From assembly GCA_965217685.1 (NCBI GenBank), contig CBDCIZ010000003.1:697657-761656 (forward strand): 64,000 nt of DNA, read 5' to 3'. Under the pieces are notes generated by a model. That model ran no database searches. It saw nothing but the letters and a program-made list of their open reading frames with translations, and had not been told where the DNA came from. The stretch is from Aurantimonas sp. (GTDB lineage: Bacteria > Pseudomonadota > Alphaproteobacteria > Rhizobiales > Rhizobiaceae). Positions 18,815 to 27,781 of this stretch are shown one piece after another. The translations under genes and the position numbers were made by a program. Position 1 is the first letter of the stretch. Every line of letters starts with the position of its first letter.

Positions 18815-20146
18815 TCAGACGCCGGTCATTGGAACGATCTTCGAACCATCCGAGAAGCGCGAGAACCGGAACGCATCGGGATTGACGATCGGCGGATCTC
18901 CAGCGGAGAGATCAGCGGCAAGCCGCCCGGCACCTGGCCCAAGTCCGAAACCGTGACCTGAGAAACCCGTAGCCACAACGAGTCCCGAGCAGCTTTTTAC
19001 TTTCGAAATAACCGGTACGGCATCGGGCGTCACATCGATGAGGCCGGCCCAGCGTTGAGCAATTTCTGCGTTCCGGAACGCCGGGAAGGCCTCGGCCAAT
19101 CGTTTCATTGCGGTATTGCCCATCTCGATGTTTGGCTCCGGATCAAGAATGCGCGTCCGCTCATAGCGGCTTTCCTGGCCCGGTATTCCCCGACGCATGT
19201 CGCGCCATTCCTCGAAGAAGCGGCGACCGATGCGCGGCGACATGGCTTTCCACTCCATCTTGAGCGCGGGCATGAACTGGCGGGCAAAGCGGAAGCTGTC
19301 CGGTGTCAGATCGAAAATGTTCGATGCAAGTGTCGAAACCGTATATCCGCCATCGGCCCGCTTTCTGACGGAAAACCCCGGACCTCGCACAGTCACGTCC
19401 GGCCCGCCTTCGATCGGCCTGGTGCGAAGAACCGAGTTGAGCACCTTGAGCTGCGGCAGAGTGATCCCGATATCGCGCAACAGAAGTCGGGACCATGCGC
19501 CGCCGGCAACGACGACCCGGTTCGTTCTGATCCGCCCGCGCTCGGTGACGACGCCGCTGATGGCACCGTCCAAACATTCGATTTCGCGGACCGCACAACC
19601 CGTCAGGATGGTTCCGCCCTTCGCCTTGACTGCGCGAGCGATCGCGGGCGCCGTCGTCTGGGGCTCGGCGCGACCATCCGTCGGAGAATAGAGCGCGCCG
19701 TCATAGTCGAGGTTCATGTCCGGCGTCAGCGTTCTCACGTCGTCGCTGCCGATCGCCGACACGCGATATTGCGTGTCCTTGATATAATCGAGCCATTTGA
19801 CGTTCTCGTCTCTGAACACTTCGGAATAGAATGGAACGACAATTCCGCACTGGCGGTAACCGACATCGTGCCCGATCCGTTCTGCGAGCGTTTCCCAGAT
19901 GCGGATCGAAGCGGCCATCAGGTCGATTTCCCGGGGATCGCGTCGGGACATGCGCACCCAGCCCCAGTTCCGACTGGACTGCTCTCCGGCGATCACACCC
20001 TTCTCACACAGAACGACCGAATGGCCTCGCTCGACGAGTTCGAGCGCAGTCGAAACGCCGACGATTCCGCCGCCGATGACGACGACGTCGGCTTCATTTG
20101 CAAAGTGGGTCGAGGCTTCGACCGGATCGACCATGGGGCCGGGCAT
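18815..20146 (-). CDS. FAD-dependent oxidoreductase (DAO / D-amino-acid-dehydrogenase-like)
   Basis: 443 aa. N-terminal dinucleotide fold DVVVIGGGIVGVSTALELVERGHSVVLCEKG. Confidence 0.9.
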   Translation of the reverse strand: MPGPMVDPVEASTHFANEADVVVIGGGIVGVSTALELVERGHSVVLCEKGVIAGEQSSRNWGWVRMSRRDPREIDLMAASIRIWETLAERIGHDVGYRQCGIVVPFYSEVFRDENVKWLDYIKDTQYRVSAIGSDDVRTLTPDMNLDYDGALYSPTDGRAEPQTTAPAIARAVKAKGGTILTGCAVREIECLDGAISGVVTERGRIRTNRVVVAGGAWSRLLLRDIGITLPQLKVLNSVLRTRPIEGGPDVTVRGPGFSVRKRADGGYTVSTLASNIFDLTPDSFRFARQFMPALKMEWKAMSPRIGRRFFEEWRDMRRGIPGQESRYERTRILDPEPNIEMGNTAMKRLAEAFPAFRNAEIAQRWAGLIDVTPDAVPVISKVKSCSGLVVATGFSGHGFGLGPGAGRLAADLSAGDPPIVNPDAFRFSRFSDGSKIVPMTGV

Positions 20147-20230
20147 TGCATTGAACTTTCTGGGAGGAAGGAATGCTTCGCGCCATGGCCGTCAGTACAC
20201 TGCGGCCTTTATGGAAATGTCAGCGATTGG

Positions 20231-21265
20231 TCACGCCGAAGCAGAAGCGAGCTTGCGCACCTGCTCGAGGATCTGCGGATCGATTTCGACGCCGTTCCGG
20301 TCTGCTTTGGCTCTCGCTGCGTAACGCCTGCTGCCCGGAAGCCGCGTGCCATCCTGTTCGGCTACTACTGCGGCAATCCGGGTGATGCGTTCTGCAAACG
20401 CGTTTCCAGCCGTCACATCGGGCGCAATCGCGATGAAGAACTGACCGGTCCTCGGAGGTCCGCCGCTCGTGCCGCTGAAGGGCGCGGCGTCGATGCCGAG
20501 CATGGCTCCGGTCAATGCCGCTGCCATGACTTCGGTAAGTAGCGCCAGCCCCACGCCCTTATAGCCTCCGAGCGGCGCCATCGTACCGCCAAGCGCTGCA
20601 TCGGGGTCGGTCGTCGGATGGCCATCGACGTCAAGAGCCCAGCCCTCCGGGATCGCCTCACCCCGACGGGCCCGCTTCATGACCTCGGATTTCGCAACCA
20701 CGCTGGCGCTTTGATCGATGGTCAAAGCGGGGCCATCGGGGCCCGGCACAGCAAGCGCGAATGGATTTGTTCCGAAGACGGCGCGAGTTCCGCCGGCAGG
20801 CGCGATCGATGCAGGCGAATTGGTGAAACCAATACCGACGAGGCCTTTTTCGGCAAGCCATTCTACATGATAGCCGAGCGCGCCGCAATTGTAGGACTCA
20901 TGGATGGCAAGGCACGCGATGCCGTTGCTTTCGGCGGCCGGGATCAGAGCGGAAAATCCAAGATCGATCGATGGATGGGCGAACCCGGTCCTCGCATCAA
21001 CGATGACAGCTGCGGGGCGCGGCTGGCTCAGAACCGGCTCGGCCTTTCCATCGACCTTGCCGCATTCGACATGCGAACAGTAGGTCGGAACATACATGAG
21101 CCCGTGACTCGCTATCCCATCGCGCTCGGCGGCAGCGACGGCACGTGCAAGCGAACGGGCACTGGTATCTCTCGTCCCGGCGACTTTGAGGGCGGAGAAC
21201 GCCAACTCCTGGATTTGCGAAGGCGTCAAGGTGGAAGTGGCGCTCATGGTCGCGTCCTCAGTCAT
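20231..21265 (-). CDS. Ldh_2 family (malate/L-lactate dehydrogenase type 2) oxidoreductase
   Basis: 344 aa with family-typical segments (AAERDGIASHGLMYVPTY, GYKGVGLALL). ATG at 21247, preceded by GAGGA, may be the true start. The 21265 start would overlap the upstream stop by 8 nt. Confidence 0.85.
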   Translation of the reverse strand: MTEDATMSATSTLTPSQIQELAFSALKVAGTRDTSARSLARAVAAAERDGIASHGLMYVPTYCSHVECGKVDGKAEPVLSQPRPAAVIVDARTGFAHPSIDLGFSALIPAAESNGIACLAIHESYNCGALGYHVEWLAEKGLVGIGFTNSPASIAPAGGTRAVFGTNPFALAVPGPDGPALTIDQSASVVAKSEVMKRARRGEAIPEGWALDVDGHPTTDPDAALGGTMAPLGGYKGVGLALLTEVMAAALTGAMLGIDAAPFSGTSGGPPRTGQFFIAIAPDVTAGNAFAERITRIAAVVAEQDGTRLPGSRRYAARAKADRNGVEIDPQILEQVRKLASASA

Positions 21266-21902
21266 TGTCGGATGTTGCAGCTCCTGCGCCGCTCACGCGG
21301 GAACTCTCGGTCGACGGCGCATGGGTTTTGCCGGCGAGCCGTACGAGCACCTGATAGGCCTTTGCGCTGACGAAGCGGGAGCCGGTTTCGGGAAGCTGTG
21401 CAGCCTTGTCGATCGCCGCATTGTCGTCGCAGCAGACAACGTCGCGTCCGACCGGATAGTCGGTGCCGCCGCGCTGTTCGATCGCCAATGCGTCTGGGAA
21501 ACAGGTGGCGGAGAAGTCCTGCCAGCGAAGTGTCAGCGTGACCCCGAGCGCATTGGCCGACCGGCTCGCCTGACCCAGCAGCAGGAGTGGCTCCGCAACG
21601 TCGCCCAGATCGGCCGCTTTTCCGTCCGCAATATCCCCGGCCTCGTCGGACAGTTGGGCTCCGCTGGCGATCGCGCAATTCGGTGCTCCCGTCTCGCCGG
21701 TGCAACCGCAGCTTCTTCGAGCTGTCAGGAGCGAAGCCAATGCTTCGGGGCCCGGAAGGCCATAACCGGCGATCCAGCGAGCCGCCTTGCCGGCCTCTTC
21801 CGCAAGCCCCCAGGGGCACCCCGCACCCCTTGCAGCCTTCCGGGCGAGCGCATCGATCTCGGAGAGCGACAGGCGAATCGGACGGCTTTCTTCGCCGGTC
21901 AT
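21258..21902 (-). CDS. conserved hypothetical protein, 214 aa (resembles what I recall as DUF3726)
   Basis: Uninterrupted ORF with ATGA overlap to the upstream 571-aa ORF. N-terminus LSEIDALARKAARGAGCPWGLAEEAGKAARW and a Cys-rich patch SCGCTGETGAPNC. No catalytic family recognised. Confidence 0.6.
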   Translation of the reverse strand: MTGEESRPIRLSLSEIDALARKAARGAGCPWGLAEEAGKAARWIAGYGLPGPEALASLLTARRSCGCTGETGAPNCAIASGAQLSDEAGDIADGKAADLGDVAEPLLLLGQASRSANALGVTLTLRWQDFSATCFPDALAIEQRGGTDYPVGRDVVCCDDNAAIDKAAQLPETGSRFVSAKAYQVLVRLAGKTHAPSTESSRVSGAGAATSDND

Positions 21903-23614
21903 GCCGCGACCTCGTTCAAGGGCGGATAGGCCCAGTCGTCGGACGGCGACGTCCCGAGTTCATGGGGAAAGGGCGCGTTCTGAAACATGCAGATGCGCAC
22001 CCAACGATCCGACCGGGGATCGAACCGCGTCGCGCCGAAGAAGGATAATTTGCAGCGCAGGATGTCGATTGGCATCATCTCCGCGCCGATCAGATTATCT
22101 CTGATCTCCGCATAGGGCCGGCCAGCCGAAAGCTGAACGCGTCGAACCGTATGACGATGTTGCGGATGAGCTCCAAGAAAGCCAGCAACCGTGGGTGGCT
22201 CTGTGGAAACGCCTTTCAGATCAGCCGAAAGAATGGATATCGCTCGACCGACGTCTAGCGGTTGTTCGTATTCGGCGCCGACGTCCTGATGGCGCTCGCC
22301 GAGACGAGGCTCCAGCTTTTCCTCCGAAACGTACCAAAACCGGGACCTGTTTTTCGGTTCGGCGTAATCGACGTCAAGCGCCCAGGTATAGTTCTCGGCA
22401 ATCAGGTCTTTGAGCTTTGCAACAGGCATCGCTCCCTCGATGCGGAAGCACGCGTTTTCGTCGACATGCATCGTTGCCGTCAGATCATCGACGCATTCGC
22501 CATAGGGTTCGAGGATCAATGCGGCAACCTGTTCCTGCGCTTCGATGCCGAGATTGTCTTCCGACCATGAGATGAGTTCGTCCCACGGATGACCGGTTTC
22601 GAGCGCGTCCGTTTCGATGTGCGCTGCGAGCGTTTCGAGATCGCGGCGAAGGATCTCACATCTCTCGTTCTGGCTGGGGTGATCGGTATGCCAACTCTCG
22701 GCATTCAGTCGAGCCCGCTTCAGATATGACCGGAAATGACTGCGCTCCACCGAAGTGGCCTTCGGCATCGCGCGGACGCGGACAATCGCGGTTTCGCGTG
22801 CCTTCATCCAGGCATCGAGAAGCGCAGGATGGTTGACCAGAAACGGCGCCATGCCAAGGCCCGTCGAATTGCCTACGCCGAAACGCCGGCGCAACTCCGG
22901 ATCGATCGCCGTCGCCGCGCTCCCGCCGTTGACGTGCGCTGCATGCTCGGCAAGATCGAGCGTGAAGGCGCGGATCAGCCAGACAGACAGCATCTCGATG
23001 TGGAAAGGCGCACTCATCACCTGACGCCCAAGCAGTGCGGCCCGGTCGGCGGCGCCGAACTTGCCCGAGCCGTAAACCGCCGTCGTCCGCATCAGGTAGC
23101 CGACCTTGTCGATCTCGTGGATCGAAGGCTGCAAGCCCTTCGCCAGACATTCGACGACATGGTTCCAGAGCCGAACGGAGCGATTGGCTCGGGACAGAGA
23201 AAGCTCCCGATCGCTGATGCGTCCCGCCTCCTGCAGCGGCACGTTTTCAGAAAGACGCGCGATGTCGTCCGCATCGGGCACGCCGTCGAACAGGGTAAAG
23301 GTTGCATCCCACGACGTCGCGATGACCCGATCGGAACGCATCTCGTCGGGAAGATCGTGGGCGAACGCGACCAGACTGTAGATTCGCCTCGGTCCCTTCG
23401 CCGTGTAAACCGCATGGCCGACGCCATTTCCGTCGATCGACCAGTCGGCGCATTCGAACGTCCAGTTCTCGCGCTTCAAGTGACGCAGTAGCGAGCGCAT
23501 GAACGAAAGCCGGGTCTGGTGAGCGCTTCCCATTCGCGAGAGGCGCATGACCATGTCGGGAGAACGAAGTTCGGGAGCCGGACCGGCATCGAGGACTGCT
23601 TGATCGAGGTTCAT
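21899..23614 (-). CDS. hypothetical protein, 571 aa, no recognisable family
   Basis: Long uninterrupted ORF with composition like its neighbours. It starts 35 nt downstream of the BCCT gene and overlaps the next ORF by ATGA. No TM segments, P-loop or metal-cluster motifs seen. Confidence 0.7.
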   Translation of the reverse strand: MNLDQAVLDAGPAPELRSPDMVMRLSRMGSAHQTRLSFMRSLLRHLKRENWTFECADWSIDGNGVGHAVYTAKGPRRIYSLVAFAHDLPDEMRSDRVIATSWDATFTLFDGVPDADDIARLSENVPLQEAGRISDRELSLSRANRSVRLWNHVVECLAKGLQPSIHEIDKVGYLMRTTAVYGSGKFGAADRAALLGRQVMSAPFHIEMLSVWLIRAFTLDLAEHAAHVNGGSAATAIDPELRRRFGVGNSTGLGMAPFLVNHPALLDAWMKARETAIVRVRAMPKATSVERSHFRSYLKRARLNAESWHTDHPSQNERCEILRRDLETLAAHIETDALETGHPWDELISWSEDNLGIEAQEQVAALILEPYGECVDDLTATMHVDENACFRIEGAMPVAKLKDLIAENYTWALDVDYAEPKNRSRFWYVSEEKLEPRLGERHQDVGAEYEQPLDVGRAISILSADLKGVSTEPPTVAGFLGAHPQHRHTVRRVQLSAGRPYAEIRDNLIGAEMMPIDILRCKLSFFGATRFDPRSDRWVRICMFQNAPFPHELGTSPSDDWAYPPLNEVAA

Positions 23615-23649
23615 GTGTCCGACTCCCGTTGTCTTGGTGTATCAGCGGA

Positions 23650-25200
23650 TCACGCGCTGCGGCCCTTCAGAAGGGTGATGCGCGCTGCGTCCCAAAGTGA
23701 AGGCAACAGCACCAGAGAGACAGGCACCGCCGTTACGACAATGAAGCTCTGCAACTTTCCGACTCCGCCCGAGCCGGTATAGATCAGGATCATCGCCATG
23801 ACGCCGATTGCAACGCCCCAGAACACGCGCACGGGCGTGGACGACCGGTCTTCGTCCGACATTGCGACCGAGATCACGTATGTCATCGAGTCACCGGTGG
23901 TGGCGACGAAGATGATCGTCAGAAGCATGAAGAGCAATGAGACGATCAGTCCGAAGGGCAACCCTTGCGTGATCGCCAGAAGCGCAGCCGGCAAGTTGAA
24001 GCCCTCGAATGCCGCCGCGACCGTGTTCGGATTGGCGAGTTCCATGCCGATTCCGGTTCCGCCGACGATCGTGAACCAGAAGGTGGTGACGATAGGCGCA
24101 ACGATCGAAAGCATGACAATGATCGAGCGTATCGAGCGGCCACGGCTGATGCGGGCGATAAACATTGCCATCAAAGGACCGTAACCAAGGAACCAGCCCC
24201 AGAAAAACACAGTCCACCAGCCGAGCCAGCCCGGGTCGCCAAAGACCCCGGCGTCGCCGCGATAGAGCGCAATCTGGAAGAATTTGGCGATGTAAAGGCT
24301 GAACCCTTCAAACCAGCTTTCCAGGATGAAGGCCGTCGGACCTGCGGCCAACACGAAGACGACGAGTACAAAAGCCAAGACGATGTTGATCCGGCTGAGA
24401 AGTTGGATGCCACGATTGAGGCCGGTAACGGCCGAGGCCGTATAAAGGACGACCAGTCCGGTGATGATCACGGCTTGCGTCGCGAAGACATCCGGGATTC
24501 CGAACAATTCGTTGGCGCCATAAGAGACCTGAAGGCCGAGGAAGCCGATAGGGCCAACGGTTCCGGCGACGACAGCGATAATGCAGCACGCATCCGCAAT
24601 CAGACCGATCGGTCCGTTGATGGCGCGCTCCTTGAACACCGGGTAGAGCAATGTGCGCGGGGCCATCGGCAGGCCCTTCTCGTAGTGGTAGTGCATGAGC
24701 ATGACGGTGGTCAGCGAGCCGAGGATTGCCCAGGCGAGAAACCCCCAGTCCATGAAGCTCTGCGCCAGAGCCGGAGCGACCGCTTCGGGCGTGCTGCCCG
24801 TTACGCCGGAAAACAACGGCGGTGGCGAGACGAAATGGGCCATAGGTTCGCCTGCCGCCCAGAAAACGCCGCCGCCTGCGAGCAGCGTGCACATGATCAT
24901 CGAGCCCCATTGGAAGTACGAGAATTCCGGTGTTTCAAGACCACCCAGCTTGGCTTTGCTGCCGGGTAAAACACACAATCCCAGACTGATCAGAAAGGTC
25001 GCAAGCAGGAGGATTTGCCAATAAAGACCGAAGAACCGTGCAGAAAAGTCGAAACCGACGTCGACCGCCGCCGAAAGACCGTCAAGGTCGACGAGCGCCC
25101 AGACGCAAAACAACGCGATGAAGCCGCCGGTAATTGCAAACAGCGGTACGTTTATGTGTCCGTCGGGCGAAAGTGCCGAGGGAATGGTGTTTTCACTCAT
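23650..25200 (-). CDS. BCCT-family (betaine/carnitine/choline) transporter
   Basis: About 516 aa from MSENTIPSAL, with 12-TM-like hydrophobic profile and a Trp-rich segment WTVFFWGWFLGYGPLMAMFIARISRGRSIR typical of BCCT TM8. The track ORF extends to 25395, but ATG at 25200 overlaps the dipeptidase stop (ATGA). Confidence 0.9.
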   Translation of the reverse strand: MSENTIPSALSPDGHINVPLFAITGGFIALFCVWALVDLDGLSAAVDVGFDFSARFFGLYWQILLLATFLISLGLCVLPGSKAKLGGLETPEFSYFQWGSMIMCTLLAGGGVFWAAGEPMAHFVSPPPLFSGVTGSTPEAVAPALAQSFMDWGFLAWAILGSLTTVMLMHYHYEKGLPMAPRTLLYPVFKERAINGPIGLIADACCIIAVVAGTVGPIGFLGLQVSYGANELFGIPDVFATQAVIITGLVVLYTASAVTGLNRGIQLLSRINIVLAFVLVVFVLAAGPTAFILESWFEGFSLYIAKFFQIALYRGDAGVFGDPGWLGWWTVFFWGWFLGYGPLMAMFIARISRGRSIRSIIVMLSIVAPIVTTFWFTIVGGTGIGMELANPNTVAAAFEGFNLPAALLAITQGLPFGLIVSLLFMLLTIIFVATTGDSMTYVISVAMSDEDRSSTPVRVFWGVAIGVMAMILIYTGSGGVGKLQSFIVVTAVPVSLVLLPSLWDAARITLLKGRSA

Positions 25201-26240
25201 GACATTGCTCCGGTTTGCGCTCTCGCGGCGCCATGCCACTGCAGCGACGTCAATTCGGACCCGGCCGGTCCAAAGCTTGCATCGAAAAAGCGGAGCCAAT
25301 TGCCACCCATGATGCCGGCGGTCTCGTACGCATCGAATCCTATGGCGCGCAGCCCGTCTTCGATCCTGTGGAAGTGACGATTGTCTTCGAACCAATTCGG
25401 CATCGGCGGAAAACCCGGCGCCGTAGCGCTGCCCTCACCGAAATCCTCGCCTTTGGTCCAGCGTCCCATACGCATCCACTTCACGACGCTGTCCGGCTGA
25501 TCCTGGCAAAGGTCCGAGCCGACCCCAAAATGCTCAGCGCCGATCATTTCTGCGGTGCGGGCAATCATTTCGCAGAAGCTCTCAAGCGTGCAGGCGCTCT
25601 TGTTCTTGAGATGATGCGGGTAAAGGGAAAAGCCGAGCATGCCGCCACTTTCGGCCAGAGCCCTGATCACCCGATCCGACTTGTTGCGCAGCGCCGGTGC
25701 CCAAGAGGCCGGATTGGCGTGCGTGATCGCAATTGGCCGCGTGCTGCAGGCGATGGCTTCAAGCGTCGATCGTTCGGCGGAATGGCTCATGTCGACGACG
25801 AGGCCAACCCGATTCATCTCGGCAATGACTTCGCGGCCCATGCGCGTCAGGCCTGGATCCTCGTCCTCGTAGCATCCCGTCGCGAGAAGCGACTGGTTGT
25901 TGTAGCTGAGCTGCATGAAGCGGGCGCCAAGCTGATGAACGATTTCGACGAGCCCGATATCGTCCTCTATCGGCGAGGGGTTCTGAAATCCGAAAAAGAT
26001 CGCGGTTCTGTTCATGCGCCGCGCTTGGCGCACGTCGTCGCCGCGCATCCCGCGCATGATAAGATCGGGATGATCCTCGAACCAGCGGTTCCAGCGAGAG
26101 AAGTTCATGACCGTCTCGCGAAAGTTCTCGTGATAGGCGATGGTCACGTGGACGGCGTCGACACCGCCCTCGCGCATCTGCCGGAAGATGCGTTCGGACC
26201 AATTGGCGTATTGAAGTCCGTCAATCCGAAAACCGATCAT
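25197..26240 (-). CDS. membrane (renal) dipeptidase family M19-like metallohydrolase
   Basis: From MIGFRIDGLQYANW. M19-like segments (VVDMSHS, ITHANP). ATG at 26240 overlaps the ALDH stop (ATGA). Confidence 0.85.
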   Translation of the reverse strand: MIGFRIDGLQYANWSERIFRQMREGGVDAVHVTIAYHENFRETVMNFSRWNRWFEDHPDLIMRGMRGDDVRQARRMNRTAIFFGFQNPSPIEDDIGLVEIVHQLGARFMQLSYNNQSLLATGCYEDEDPGLTRMGREVIAEMNRVGLVVDMSHSAERSTLEAIACSTRPIAITHANPASWAPALRNKSDRVIRALAESGGMLGFSLYPHHLKNKSACTLESFCEMIARTAEMIGAEHFGVGSDLCQDQPDSVVKWMRMGRWTKGEDFGEGSATAPGFPPMPNWFEDNRHFHRIEDGLRAIGFDAYETAGIMGGNWLRFFDASFGPAGSELTSLQWHGAARAQTGAMS

Positions 26241-27697
26241 GCCGGCTCTCCAGACCGGATGTAGGCGGTCTTGACTGTCGTATAGAATTCCCTGGCATAT
26301 TGACCCTGTTCGCGGGGACCATAGGAGCTGTGACCCCGGCCACCGAACGGCACGTGATAATCGGTTCCAGCCGTCGGCAGGTTCACCATGACGCATCCGG
26401 TTCTCGCATGGCGCCGAAAATGGCTGGCCCGCGAAAGGCTTTGCGTGACGATGCCGGAGGTAAGGCCGTATGCGGTGTCGTTGGCGGTCGCGAGCGCCTC
26501 GTCATAGCTATCGGCGCGAATGATACAGGCGATAGGGGCGAACATTTCCTCACGGTTGACGCGCCAGGCGTTTTTCGTCCCGGCAATGACTACAGGGGCC
26601 ATGAAATAACCCTCGGTCTCGCGGTCCAGCCGGTCTCCGCCGCACAGGATCTCACCGCCTTCTTCTCTTGCAAGAGACATGTATTCGAAGTTCTGTTCGA
26701 GCTGGTCTTCGCTGACGACTGGGCCCATCTGGGTCTGCAGGTCGAGGGCATGGCCGACGCGCATCGCCTTCGCTTCGGCAACCAAACGTTCGACGAAAGC
26801 GTCATGGATCGCCGGATGTACGACCAGACGCGACGATGCTGTGCATTTCTGGCCGGTGCCGCCAAACGCGCCGTTCACGGCGCATGTGACGGCGATGTCC
26901 AAGTCCGCGCCGTCCATGATCGCGAGGGCATTTTTCGAACCCATTTCGCACTGGACGCGAGCGAGACTACCGGCACCCGCGGCTGCGATCTGGCGTCCGA
27001 CGGCCGTCGACCCGGTGAAGGTGATGGCATCGATCCCGGGGTGTTCGATCAGTTTCTGTCCGACACTACCGCCCGGTCCCATGACAAGGCTGAAAAGGCC
27101 CTCGGGAAGACCCTGACGAACGATAATATCGGTGAGGGCGACTGCCGATGCCGGCACCAGATTGGCCGGCTTCCAGATCACCGCGTTTCCGAATGCAAGC
27201 GCCGGTGCGATCTTCCAGGCGGCGGTCGCCATCGGAAAATTCCAGGGCGAGATGACGGCGACCACGCCGACGGGCTCACGGCGGATATCGACTTCGACCC
27301 CGGTCCGCACACTGTCGGCGGTTTCCCCCATCTGCCGCAAGACCTCGGCGCCATAATAGGTAAAGAACTGACCAGCGCGGTGGACCTCGCCACGCCCTTC
27401 GGCCAACGACTTGCCCTCTTCACGACTCAGCAACATGCCGAGTTCTTCGGAACGCGCCATAAGCTCGTGGCCGATCGCAATCAGCTTATTGCTGCGCGTC
27501 TCGAGCCCGGTTGTGGCCCAACGTCGCTGAGCAAAGGCCGCGGCTTCGACGGCCCGGTCCACATCTTGAAACGAGGCCTGGGCGAAGGATCCGATGACGT
27601 CCGAGAGATCCGACGGGTTTCGGTTCTCGACCACGGTCGAGCCGGATTTCCATTCGCCTGCGATCAGGTTCAGACCATCGGACATCATCGCCTCCAT
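26237..27697 (-). CDS. NAD(P)-dependent aldehyde dehydrogenase
   Basis: 486 aa. ALDH motifs VISPWNFP, FTGST, CEMGSKNA (Glu) and GQKCTASSR (Cys). Confidence 0.9.
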   Translation of the reverse strand: MEAMMSDGLNLIAGEWKSGSTVVENRNPSDLSDVIGSFAQASFQDVDRAVEAAAFAQRRWATTGLETRSNKLIAIGHELMARSEELGMLLSREEGKSLAEGRGEVHRAGQFFTYYGAEVLRQMGETADSVRTGVEVDIRREPVGVVAVISPWNFPMATAAWKIAPALAFGNAVIWKPANLVPASAVALTDIIVRQGLPEGLFSLVMGPGGSVGQKLIEHPGIDAITFTGSTAVGRQIAAAGAGSLARVQCEMGSKNALAIMDGADLDIAVTCAVNGAFGGTGQKCTASSRLVVHPAIHDAFVERLVAEAKAMRVGHALDLQTQMGPVVSEDQLEQNFEYMSLAREEGGEILCGGDRLDRETEGYFMAPVVIAGTKNAWRVNREEMFAPIACIIRADSYDEALATANDTAYGLTSGIVTQSLSRASHFRRHARTGCVMVNLPTAGTDYHVPFGGRGHSSYGPREQGQYAREFYTTVKTAYIRSGEPA

Positions 27698-27760
27698 TCC
27701 GCCAAGCGAAAAGGATTGATGGAGAGCGCCTATTCAGTCAAACTAGAACTTCTGACCTTA

Positions 27761-27779
27761 ATTTCAGAAAAGCTGAAAT
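27761..27779. promoter_or_regulatory. candidate LysR-type operator (T-N11-A palindrome)
   Basis: ATTTCAG-AAAAG-CTGAAAT, a perfect 7-bp inverted repeat in the ALDH/LysR divergent region. A related TTCAG-N14-CTGAC lies at 27733-27756. Confidence 0.4.
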
Positions 27780-27781
27780 AT

